NCBI GenBank assembly: GCA_963732625.1
Contig: CAVTAM010000002.1
Location: 31,807 to 95,806 of the forward strand
Direction of reading: 5' to 3'
Source: an uncultured beta proteobacterium
GTDB lineage: Bacteria > Pseudomonadota > Gammaproteobacteria > Burkholderiales > Burkholderiaceae_C
Length of the DNA: 64,000 nt
Positions within the stretch are counted from its first letter, which is position 1, and every line of letters begins with the position of its first letter. Under the pieces are notes generated by a model that made no database searches, was not told where the DNA came from, and saw only the letters and a program-made list of their open reading frames with translations. A program made the translations under genes and the position numbers. Of the stretch, positions 49,196-57,602 are shown piece after piece.

Positions 49196-51064
49196 ATGAC
49201 CACGACCCCTCTGCCTTTTCCGCACGCCACGTCCACGCCGGTGGGCCCGGTGGTGCCGTTGCCGGTGGGCGTGCGCATCGACCGCTTCGTCGTCGAGCAG
49301 ACGCTGCACCAGGGGCCGCATGGTTTTGCCTACCGCGTGCGCGAGCCGGGCCACCAGCAGCCGCTGGTGCTGATCGAATGTTTCCCGCGCGCGCTGGCCA
49401 TCCGCCAGCCGGACGGTGCCGTGCGCGCGCGCCAGGCCGGCGACGCGATCGCGCTGTCGGTGGTCTGCGAGGCCTTCGTGCAGGACGCGCGCGCGCTGGC
49501 GGTGGTCGAGCATCCCGGTGTGATCAAGGTCTTCGGCGTCATCAACGCCAACCGCACGGTCTACCGGCTGATGCCTTACATCGAAGGGCAGACGCTCGAA
49601 GAGCAGCGCCTGGAGCGCTCCGACGCGCCCACCGTCGGTGGCCTGGTGCGCCTGTACGACAAGCTGCTCGATGCGCTCGAGGCGCTGCACAAGGCCGGCT
49701 TCGTGCACGGTCTCGTGCAGCCGGACCAGATCCTGATGAAGGCCGACGACAACGCGCCGCTGCTGCTGGGCATGGACGGCGTGGCGATGGAACTCGGCGA
49801 GATGACGATGAGCCCGTGGGCCGCGCCGGAGCAGCAGCAGACGACGCGCTTCGAGCGCATCAACGCCTCGGCCGACCTCTACATGCTGGCGGCGACGATG
49901 TGCTTTGCCGCCACCGGCGCCGCGCCGCCGCGCGCCGAGGAGCGCTTGGCCAGCGGCGCCTGGGACCCGGCCGCGCTGCTCGCCGACGTGCCGCTCGGCG
50001 GCGGCGATTCGGTGGCGCTGCGCGACGCTTTCATCCAGGCCGTGGTGGCATCGCTGGCGCTGGCCGCGCCGGCGCGCCCGCACAGCGCCGACGACGTGCG
50101 CCACATCCTGCATCCGCAAGGCCGCAGCGCCTTCGTCGCCAGCACCGGCCCGGCGCCGTTGTGGGTCGGCGAGGTGCCGGATCGAGATTCGCAATGGGAG
50201 ACGCTCGAAGGCATGAGCGGCCCGCTGCCCTTGCGCGACAACGTCGACAACATCGACACGCAGATCGTCATGCAGCCGGCGGTCGAGCCGGGCCTGCCGG
50301 CCGAGCCGCCGCGCGCGGTGCGTCAGGCGGTGCGTGCCGAGCCGAGCCTCGACCCGGCAGCGATGTCCGGTCGCCGGGCGGCCGATGTCGGCGTGCGGAC
50401 CCAGCGCCGCGGCCTGACGATGACGCTGGTGGCGGCTGCGGCCACCGCCCTCGCGGCGCTGGTCTGGTGGAGCCAGACGCCGCCCTCGAACCTGGCGCTG
50501 CCGGCGTCGGCGCCGCCCGTTGAAGTGATCCCGCCGGTGGCGCCGCCCGCGGCGCCACCGGTTGCGCAAGCCACGCCGCCGGCGGCGGCGCCGATTGCAG
50601 TGCCGGCCGCACGCGAAGAGCCCAAGCAAGCGCCCGTGCCGACAACGCAAGCCAAAGCCGAGGCCGAACCCGCACCGCCGCCGCCCGTGCCGGCGGTCGC
50701 ACCACCGGCCGCGGTGCCGCCCGCGGTGGTGCCGGCGAAGGTGGCAACACCGGCGGCGCCGGCACCAGCACCCGCCGCGGCGGTGGTGAAAGCCGCGCCG
50801 CCGAGCGCGCCGGCGCCGAAGGCGGCTGCGGCACCGGTCAAAGCCGTGCCCAAGCCGGCAGCCGCCAAAGCCGTGGCCAAGAGCAACGGCAAGCCGGCGC
50901 CTGCCGCGCCCAAAGCCGCGCAGCGCACGGTGCCCCCTGAAACGCTGTGCGGCAACCGCACGCAGTTCGCCTACCTGTACTGCATGCAGGAGCAATGCGC
51001 GCGCGCCGCGCAGCGCAACAGCGCGCAGTGCACGGCTCTGCGGCGCACGGGTGAAATCAGATGA
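49196..51064 (+). CDS. Membrane-anchored protein-kinase-like protein (predicted pseudokinase) with a Pro/Ala-rich region and a C-terminal 4-Cys motif
   Basis: ORF 49196..51064. Kinase-like fold markers are present (..YRLMPYIEGQTLEE.., ..SPWAAPEQ.., ..DLYMLAATMCF..). Catalytic positions are replaced: VLIE for VAIK, HGLVQPDQ for HRDLKPxN, GMDG for DFG. TM helix LTMTLVAAAATALAALVWW, about 150 aa of P/A/K-rich sequence, and the end CGNRTQFAYLYCMQEQCARAAQRNSAQC. Confidence 0.65.
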   Translation: MTTTPLPFPHATSTPVGPVVPLPVGVRIDRFVVEQTLHQGPHGFAYRVREPGHQQPLVLIECFPRALAIRQPDGAVRARQAGDAIALSVVCEAFVQDARALAVVEHPGVIKVFGVINANRTVYRLMPYIEGQTLEEQRLERSDAPTVGGLVRLYDKLLDALEALHKAGFVHGLVQPDQILMKADDNAPLLLGMDGVAMELGEMTMSPWAAPEQQQTTRFERINASADLYMLAATMCFAATGAAPPRAEERLASGAWDPAALLADVPLGGGDSVALRDAFIQAVVASLALAAPARPHSADDVRHILHPQGRSAFVASTGPAPLWVGEVPDRDSQWETLEGMSGPLPLRDNVDNIDTQIVMQPAVEPGLPAEPPRAVRQAVRAEPSLDPAAMSGRRAADVGVRTQRRGLTMTLVAAAATALAALVWWSQTPPSNLALPASAPPVEVIPPVAPPAAPPVAQATPPAAAPIAVPAAREEPKQAPVPTTQAKAEAEPAPPPPVPAVAPPAAVPPAVVPAKVATPAAPAPAPAAAVVKAAPPSAPAPKAAAAPVKAVPKPAAAKAVAKSNGKPAPAAPKAAQRTVPPETLCGNRTQFAYLYCMQEQCARAAQRNSAQCTALRRTGEIR

Positions 51065-51596
51065 CCCCCCCGCAGCGGCTGCGGGTCATGCCGAGCCGCG
51101 CGTGCGCATTCAGGTCGAAGACTTCGACGCCGCGCGCGAAGTGGCGGCGCTGCGCGGCGGCGATGCGCGGGTCGGTGCGGTGGCCAGCTTCATCGGCACG
51201 GTGCGTGACCGCAGCAGCGGCAGCGGCGCAGCCGACACCACGCGCATGGAGCTGGAGCACTACCCGGGCATGACCGAGGCCTCGATCGAAGCCATGATCG
51301 ACGCGGCGATGGCGCGCTTTGCGATCCTCGGTGCGCGCGTCGTGCACCGCGTCGGGCCGCTCGAGCCCGGCGCGCAGATCGTGCTCGTCGCCGTCACCTC
51401 GTCGCACCGCGGCGACGCCTTCGCGGCCTGCGAGTTCTTGATGGACTACCTGAAGACCCAGGCGCCATTCTGGAAAAAAGAACACCGCCCCGACGGCAGC
51501 GCGCAATGGGTCGACGCGCGTGTGGCCGACGACGCGGCAGCCAAGCGCTGGGGACTCGCCGGCGCCAACGCCGCCACGGCAGCGCCGCCGCGGTGA
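51051..51596 (+). CDS. moaE: Molybdopterin synthase catalytic subunit MoaE
   Basis: ORF 51051..51596 (GTG start; alternative GTG at 51102). RIQVEDFDAAREVAALR..VGAVASFIGTVRD..LEHYPGMTE..SSHRGDAFAACEFLMDYLKTQAPFWKKE. Confidence 0.85.
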   Translation: MKSDDPPAAAAGHAEPRVRIQVEDFDAAREVAALRGGDARVGAVASFIGTVRDRSSGSGAADTTRMELEHYPGMTEASIEAMIDAAMARFAILGARVVHRVGPLEPGAQIVLVAVTSSHRGDAFAACEFLMDYLKTQAPFWKKEHRPDGSAQWVDARVADDAAAKRWGLAGANAATAAPPR

Positions 51597-51981
51597 GCAC
51601 AGCCGCTGCGTTGCTTGCCGTCTTCGTCGGCGCCGGACTCGGCGCCTGTGCGCGCCACGGCCTCAACGAAGCGTTCAACCGCTGGCTGCCGCAGATGGCG
51701 CTCGGCACCCTGGCCGCCAACCTGATCGGCGGCTACCTGGTCGGCGTGGCGATCGCGTTGGCTGGCCTGGCGCAGCGAGCTCTCGCCGCTGTGGCGCCTG
51801 TTCTGCATCACCGGTGTGCTCGGCGGCCTGACGACGTTCTCGAGCTTTTCGGCCGAGGTCGGTGCTGTCGCTGGAGCGCGGCCAGCCCGGCTGGGCGCTG
51901 GCCACCGCGGCGGCGCATCTGCTGGGCTCGCTGGCGTTGACGGCGCTGGGCCTGTGGACCGTTCGCGCCGCCCTCAGTTGA
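51593..51981 (+). CDS. crcB: Fluoride ion channel CrcB. Two 1-nt insertions (about 51760 and 51869).
   Basis: The GTG at 51593 overlaps the moaE stop (GTGA). [39 protein letters not shown].. / ..[20 protein letters not shown].. / ..[16 protein letters not shown]... Removing 2 nt gives 129 codons. Confidence 0.75.
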
Positions 51982-52510
51982 GCACGCGCGCGCTCGGCTC
52001 GGCGGCCGGCGCGGCGGCTTCGAGCGCCACGCCCCAGTCGGCCTGACGCAGTGCTGCCACCATCAGCTCGCGCACCGCGGTGCCGAGCGCCGCGTCGAGC
52101 ACGAGCTGCACATTGCGTTTGTTCGCGTCGCTGATCGACACCTGCAGCATGCCGCCGGCTTGCGGCGTCAACTGCACCGTGTGCGCGAGCATCGGCTCGG
52201 GGCCCAGCGGCTGCTGCGCTGTCGTGCCTTGAAAAGGCTGCGAGAAGTCGGCCTGTTCGAGCGTGCGTTGGCGCGCCGACTCGGCAAGCATCGCCGCGGC
52301 ATCGGCCGTCGGCGTGGCATGCGGCACGGCCTGGGCCACCGCCCGCGTCGTGCCGGCCTGCTGCGCCAGCGCCGACAGATGCGGCCACAGGCGCAGGCAC
52401 AGGCGCCGCGTCATCCAGACCGCAAACACCTTGTCGTCCGACGAGCGCACACGCAGCAGCAGCCGGTCGGCTTCCGGGTGATAGTGCAGCGCGAGTTGGC
52501 GGATGTGCAT
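51974..52510 (-). CDS. Hypothetical protein
   Basis: Lower part of ORF 51974..52732, from [25 protein letters not shown]. Coding-like composition; no motif recognised. Confidence 0.45.
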   Translation of the reverse strand: MHIRQLALHYHPEADRLLLRVRSSDDKVFAVWMTRRLCLRLWPHLSALAQQAGTTRAVAQAVPHATPTADAAAMLAESARQRTLEQADFSQPFQGTTAQQPLGPEPMLAHTVQLTPQAGGMLQVSISDANKRNVQLVLDAALGTAVRELMVAALRQADWGVALEAAAPAAEPSARVLN

Positions 52511-52671
52511 GCGCCCGATTCTATGGATCGCCCCTGCGGCTGGCTGAATGCGGCCGGCGCTCGGTACATCTACGCGCCGCGGCGCGTGCCCGTACGCATG
52601 CCGGGGCCGGCGCGCGCTGGCTACAGTGTTCTTGCGGCCGGTTGGTGGCCGCGATCGAACGGAGACACACC

Positions 52672-53598
52672 ATGAACACCTCGGCACGTTTGGGCGCCCT
52701 GACTTTGACCCTCGCTCTCGGCCTGGCCGCATCCCCGGCGCAGGCGCAGACCCGTTTCGGCTACGACCTGCCCAGCGCCGGCGTCCTGCTCGAAGGCATC
52801 GGCTACGACCCGCAGCGCGAAATCTTCTACGTCAGCGGTGTCAACGATGGCGGGCGCATCTATCGCGGCCGCGTCCATGAAGAAGCGCTCGAGGTCTGGC
52901 AGCCGGGCGGCGTGGACGGGCGCACCACGGCACGCGGCATCGACGTCGACAGCGCCGGCCGCGTCTTCGTCGCCGGCGGGCCGAGTGGCCGGCTGTGGGT
53001 GTTCTCCGCCGACGGCGCAACGCTGGCCTCGCTGGCCACCCCGGCCGGCACGTTCCTCAACGACGTCGCCGTCGGCGCCGATGGCGCGGCTTACTTCACC
53101 GACTCCAACCAGGCCCGCATCTGGCGTGTCGCGCAGGGCGCGGCAGGCGCATGGCAGGCCGAGCTCTGGCTCGATGCCAGCGCCACGGTGCCGGTCGTGC
53201 TGCCGGGCTTCAACCTCGGCGGCATCGTCGCCACGCCCGACGGCCGCTGGCTGCTGGTCGCGCAGGGCACCACCGGGCGGCTGTGGCGCATCGACACGGC
53301 CACCAAGGCCATCACGCCGGTCGATCTGGGCACGGCGTCGATCGTCAACGCCGACGGCATCGTCTTGCGCGGCCACCGCTTGTGGGTGGTGCAGAACTTC
53401 ACGCGCCAGATCACCGAGCTGGCGCTCGACGGTCAGTGGGGCGCGGCGTCTGTCGTCTCGGTAACGCCGACGCCGGCCGACCGCACCTTCACCACGGCCA
53501 AGATCGCCAAGGGCCGGCTGTTGATCGTCGACAGCCAGTTCGGCTTCGCGCCGCCCTTCGCGGCCGAGGACCGGGTCGTCGTTACCAAGCTGCCGTAG
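52672..53598 (+). CDS. Secreted beta-propeller protein (SMP-30/gluconolactonase/NHL-like repeats)
   Basis: In ORF 52642..53598. Signal peptide MNTSARLGALTLTLALGLAASPAQA. Repeated blade-like segments (GIDVDSAGRVFVAG, NDVAVGADGAAYFTD, GGIVATPDGRWLLVA, ADGIVLRGHRLWVV). Confidence 0.55.
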   Translation: MNTSARLGALTLTLALGLAASPAQAQTRFGYDLPSAGVLLEGIGYDPQREIFYVSGVNDGGRIYRGRVHEEALEVWQPGGVDGRTTARGIDVDSAGRVFVAGGPSGRLWVFSADGATLASLATPAGTFLNDVAVGADGAAYFTDSNQARIWRVAQGAAGAWQAELWLDASATVPVVLPGFNLGGIVATPDGRWLLVAQGTTGRLWRIDTATKAITPVDLGTASIVNADGIVLRGHRLWVVQNFTRQITELALDGQWGAASVVSVTPTPADRTFTTAKIAKGRLLIVDSQFGFAPPFAAEDRVVVTKLP

Positions 53599-53614
53599 CG
53601 CGCGCGCCGGCCGG

Positions 53615-54169
53615 GTGCGCCGCGGCGGGCATCGCGGCGCATCGGCGCCTCGCCTATATAGTGCGCGCGTGAGCCCAGCCCAAGATGCCGCCTTCGATCA
53701 TCGAACCCTGCGCGCGGCACTCGGCGCTTTTGCCACCGGCGTCACGGTGGTCACCTGCCGCGGCGCCGACGGCGTGGCCCTCGGCCTGACGGTCAACTCG
53801 TTCAACGCGCTGTCGCTCGAGCCGCCGCTGGTGCTGTGGTCGTTGCGCCTGGCCAGCCCGAGCCTGGCGGCGTTCGATGCGGCAACGCACTTCGCCGTCA
53901 ACGTGCTCGCCGAAGGCCAGGTCGATGTCTCGCGCCGTTTTGCCTCGCCCGTTGACCAGAAGTTCGACGAAGGGCAGTGGCACGAAGGCTTGCACCGCGT
54001 GCCCGTGCTCGGCGGCAGCGCTGCGGTGTTCGAGTGCGAACGCGTGTCGCAGCAGACGGCCGGCGACCATCGCCTTTACATCGGCCGCGTGTTGAAGCTG
54101 CAGCAGCAGGCGGTGCCGCCGCTGGTCTATCACGGCGGGCACTACCACCTCCTGGGCGAGGTGCTGTGA
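53615..54169 (+). CDS. Flavin reductase (NAD(P)H:flavin oxidoreductase, HpaC/NtaB-like)
   Basis: ORF 53615..54169. FRAALGAFATGVTVVT....GLTVNSFNALSLEPPLVLWSL and C-terminal GDHRLYIGRV..PLVYHGGHY. The start is uncertain. Confidence 0.8.
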   Translation: MRRGGHRGASAPRLYSARVSPAQDAAFDHRTLRAALGAFATGVTVVTCRGADGVALGLTVNSFNALSLEPPLVLWSLRLASPSLAAFDAATHFAVNVLAEGQVDVSRRFASPVDQKFDEGQWHEGLHRVPVLGGSAAVFECERVSQQTAGDHRLYIGRVLKLQQQAVPPLVYHGGHYHLLGEVL

Positions 54170-55188
54170 TGCTCGAAGCACGTTGGCTCGCTGCATTCGC
54201 CGAGGTGTTCAGCCGCTGCGGTGTGAAGGCCGGCGATGCATGCGCGGTGTTGGCGGAGACGCAGTCGCGGCCGGTGCTGGTGCAGCTGGCGTCACTGGCG
54301 CTGCAGCAACTCGGCGCGCGTGCGTTCGTGCTGACGGTGCCGTCAGTGGCCGCAGGCGCTGTTCCCGTGCGCTCGACCGGCGCCTCGACCGCGCTTGCCG
54401 GTCACGACGCGGCCGTGTCGTCGCTGTCGCGTTGCGCGCTGGTTGTCGATTGCACCGTGGAGGGCTTGCAGCACGCGGCCGAGTTGCCGGCGATTCTTTC
54501 CGGCGGCGCGCGCGTGCTCGTCGTCAGCAACGAGCATCCGGAAATCCTCGAGCGCTGCCTGCCGCGCGCCGAAGACGAGGTGACGGTGCGCGATGCCATG
54601 CGGCGCCTGAAGGCCGCCCAACGCATGAGCGTTTTTTCGCGTGCCGGCACCGATTTGCGCATCGACCTTGCCGGCGCGCGCGTCGGCGGCGTCTGGGGCT
54701 TCACCAGCAAGCCCGGCACGCTGACGCATTGGCCCGGCGGCCTGGCCCTCGCGTTCCCCGCGGCCGGCTGCGTCAACGGCACGCTGGTGCTGGACCGCGG
54801 CGACGTCAACCTCACTTTCAAGCGCTACCTCGCCGATGCCGTGCGATTGCAGATCGAAGACGATCATGTCGTCGATGTGATCGGCGATTCACCGGACGCC
54901 GAGCTGATGCGCGGCCACTTCGCCGCCTGGGGCGACCCTGCGGCGTACGCGGTGTCGCATGTCGGCTGGGGACTGAATTCACGCGCGCGCTGGGACGCGA
55001 TGGCGTTCTACGACAAGAGCGACTTCAACGGCACCGAGCTGCGCGCCTTCGCCGGCAACTTTCTCTACTCGACCGGTGCCAATGAAGTGGCCGGCCGCCA
55101 CACCGCGGGGCACTTCGACCTGCCGCTGCGCGGCTGCACGGTGGAGCTCGATGGGCAGGCGGTGGTGCGCGACGGGCGCCTGTCATGA
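54169..55188 (+). CDS. 2,5-dihydroxypyridine 5,6-dioxygenase (NicX)-like / aminopeptidase-T-fold protein
   Basis: In ORF 53977..55188. The ATG at 54169 overlaps the flavin reductase stop (TGATG). ...VSHVGWGLN...FLYSTGANEVAGRHTAGHFDLPLRGCTVELDG resembles the NicX C-terminal metal-site region as I remember it. Confidence 0.55.
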   Translation: MLEARWLAAFAEVFSRCGVKAGDACAVLAETQSRPVLVQLASLALQQLGARAFVLTVPSVAAGAVPVRSTGASTALAGHDAAVSSLSRCALVVDCTVEGLQHAAELPAILSGGARVLVVSNEHPEILERCLPRAEDEVTVRDAMRRLKAAQRMSVFSRAGTDLRIDLAGARVGGVWGFTSKPGTLTHWPGGLALAFPAAGCVNGTLVLDRGDVNLTFKRYLADAVRLQIEDDHVVDVIGDSPDAELMRGHFAAWGDPAAYAVSHVGWGLNSRARWDAMAFYDKSDFNGTELRAFAGNFLYSTGANEVAGRHTAGHFDLPLRGCTVELDGQAVVRDGRLS

Positions 55189-55241
55189 GACCGTGCGCTT
55201 TCGGCCCATTGCGGCTGTTGGCGACGGTCGGCTTCTCCACC

Positions 55242-55413
55242 CCGTTCGCCCTGAGGTATCGAAGGGCCAGGCTGAGCTCGTCGAAGCCTTCTTGCCACAC
55301 GCCAGGGGCTTCGATACCTCAGCCCGAACGGGACTCTTCTTTCCGAACGGGGACAAAACGCGGCTTCCTTCGATACCTCAGGACGGTCGGAACAGCCACC
55401 TCAGCCCGAACGG
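55242..55413. repeat. Cluster of REP-type palindromic units (GAGGTATCGAAGG / CCTTCGATACCTCAGCCCGAACGG family)
   Basis: 55242-55265 is the inverted copy of 55309-55331 (2 mismatches). Further partial copies lie at 55367-55382 and 55399-55413, and a related gctgagctcgtcgaagcc at 55271-55288. Confidence 0.7.
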
Positions 55414-55506
55414 TTCTGTTGCGGACCTTGAACGTCGCCAACGGGCCGCAAGCAAACGCCCGTGCACAGCGTCGCGGGTCGCGCGCAGCGCGCTGGAGCC
55501 ACTGAG

Positions 55507-56337
55507 ATGACCGCGCCGTCCCTCGTCACGGACGCTCCGCTGGCCTACCAGTATTGGGGCGACCTCGAGCGAAGCGAGCGCCTGGTCGTGCTGCTGCACG
55601 GCGTCGGCGGCAGCCGCGAGTCGTGGAGCGATGCGCTGTCGGGCACGGGCAGCGCGATCGGTGAGGCCGGGTTCTGCGCCGTCGCCGTCGATCTGCCGGG
55701 CTACGGCCAGTCGCCGCTGCCGCAGTCGCTGGACATGCAGCGCATGTCGGCGCTGGTGTTGGAAACGCTGTGGTCCTTGCCCCGTCATTGCGCCGCCAAA
55801 GTGGCCCTCGTGGGGCACAGCATGGGCGGCATGGTGGCGCTCGATCTGATCGCCGGCGCGCCGCAGGAAGTCGATGCGATGGTGCTGCTCGCCACCTCGC
55901 CGGCTTTCGGCCGGCCCGACGGCGCCTGGCAGCGCGAGTACCTGGCGCAGCGCCTGTCGTCGCTCGATGCCGGCCGCGGCATGGCCCAGCTCGCGCCGGG
56001 CCTCGTCAAGGGCATGGCCTCGGCCAACGCAGCGCACGATGTGGTCGCGCGCGCAGCGCTGCTGATGAGCGCGGTGCCCGAGCAGACCTACCGCAGCGCC
56101 CTGCATGCCATCGTCGGTTTCGACCGCCGTGCGGCGCTGGCCGACATCCGCGTGCCCGTGCTGTGCCTGGCCGGCGAGGACGACCGCAACGCGCCGCCGT
56201 CGGTGATGTCGGCCATGGCGTCGCGCATCCAAGGCGCCACGTACCGCTGCCTGCCCGGTGTGGGCCATCTGGCGCACATGGAGGCGCCGAAGCTGATCAA
56301 TCCGATGCTGGTTTCATTTTTGTTGACCCATCTGTGA
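55507..56337 (+). CDS. Alpha/beta-fold hydrolase (NicD/N-formylmaleamate-deformylase-like by context)
   Basis: In ORF 55462..56337. LVVLLHGVGGS, nucleophile elbow GHSMGG, and a C-terminal GVGHLAHME. Confidence 0.8.
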   Translation: MTAPSLVTDAPLAYQYWGDLERSERLVVLLHGVGGSRESWSDALSGTGSAIGEAGFCAVAVDLPGYGQSPLPQSLDMQRMSALVLETLWSLPRHCAAKVALVGHSMGGMVALDLIAGAPQEVDAMVLLATSPAFGRPDGAWQREYLAQRLSSLDAGRGMAQLAPGLVKGMASANAAHDVVARAALLMSAVPEQTYRSALHAIVGFDRRAALADIRVPVLCLAGEDDRNAPPSVMSAMASRIQGATYRCLPGVGHLAHMEAPKLINPMLVSFLLTHL

Positions 56338-56345
56338 GGCTTGCC

Positions 56346-57602
56346 ATGGCCGACCCTTCCTCGATCGCCGGCGATGTCTCGGCACTGACGACACAACAGC
56401 GCGATCTGCTCGCGCTGGCGTCGTCGCTCGGCCGCGAAAAGTTTGCCGGCCGCGCTGCGCGCTGGGACCGCGAGGCGAGTTTTCCGTTCGACAACTACGC
56501 CGACCTGCGCGCGGCCGGGCTGCTCGGCATCTGCGTGCCCAAGGCGCATGGCGGCCTCGGCGCCGACTTCACGACTTACGTCATGGTGGCGGCCGAGCTC
56601 GGCCGCCATTGCGGCTCGACCGCGCTGTCGTTCAACATGCACGTCTGCTCGACGCTGTGGGCCGGCGCGATCGCCGATGCGCTCGACATGACGGCCGCGC
56701 AGCGCGCCGACCACGAGCGCATCCGCGCCGTGCACTTCGCGCGCATCGTCGAGGAAGGCCGCATCTACTCGCAGCCGTTCTCCGAAGGTGGCGCGGCCGC
56801 GGCCGGCAAGGCGCCGTGGGGCACGCGGGCGATCAAGGTCCCAGGCGGCTACCGCGTCGTCGGCAAGAAGATTTTTGCGTCGCTGTCGGGCGCGGCCGAC
56901 TACTACGGCGTGCTGTGCACGCTGGAGCGCGAAGACGGCGAAGCTGGCACGCTGCGCGATTCGCTCTACCTCGCGGTGCCGGCCAAAGCAGACGGCGTGG
57001 CCGTCAGCGGCGAGTGGGACCCGCTGGGCATGCGCGGCACCGTCAGCCGCACGCTGACCTTCGACAACGTGCAGGTCGGTGACGACGCGCGGCTGATGCC
57101 CGAGGGCCTGTACTTCCAGGCCGCGTCACGCTATCCGCACATGTTTGCCACGCTGTCGCCGACTTACATGGGCATCGCGCAGGCGGCTTACGACTTCACG
57201 GTCGCCTACCTGCGCGGCGAGGTGCCGGGCACGCCGCCGGTGAAGCGCCGCATGTACACGACCAAGCAGATTGCGCTGGCGCAGATGCGCGTCATGCTCG
57301 AACAGACGCGTGCGCTGTTTTTGCAGACCGCGCGCGAAGCGAAGGTCGATCCCGACAAGGACGCGCGCATGCGCCTGTACGCCGCGCACTACACGATCAT
57401 GGAGAACGCCAACGAGATCTGCCAGTTGGCAGTGCGCACCTGCGGCGGCCAGTCGATGTTGAAGACGCTGCCGCTCGAACGCCTGTACCGCGATTCACGC
57501 TGCGGCTCGCTGATGCTGCCGTGGACGGCAGAGCTGTGCATCGACCGGCTGGGGCGCGAGTGCCTGTACGAATCGGGCGAGCGCGACGAAGTCATCGAAT
57601 GA
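56346..57602 (+). CDS. Acyl-CoA dehydrogenase-fold flavoenzyme (dehydrogenase, or the oxygenase of a two-component monooxygenase)
   Basis: In ORF 55770..57602 from MADPSSIAG. ..DNYADLRAAGLLGICVPKAHGGLG.., ..GEWDPLGMRGTVSRTLTFDNV.., ..RLYRDSRCGSLMLPWTAE... Confidence 0.8.
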   Translation: MADPSSIAGDVSALTTQQRDLLALASSLGREKFAGRAARWDREASFPFDNYADLRAAGLLGICVPKAHGGLGADFTTYVMVAAELGRHCGSTALSFNMHVCSTLWAGAIADALDMTAAQRADHERIRAVHFARIVEEGRIYSQPFSEGGAAAAGKAPWGTRAIKVPGGYRVVGKKIFASLSGAADYYGVLCTLEREDGEAGTLRDSLYLAVPAKADGVAVSGEWDPLGMRGTVSRTLTFDNVQVGDDARLMPEGLYFQAASRYPHMFATLSPTYMGIAQAAYDFTVAYLRGEVPGTPPVKRRMYTTKQIALAQMRVMLEQTRALFLQTAREAKVDPDKDARMRLYAAHYTIMENANEICQLAVRTCGGQSMLKTLPLERLYRDSRCGSLMLPWTAELCIDRLGRECLYESGERDEVIE

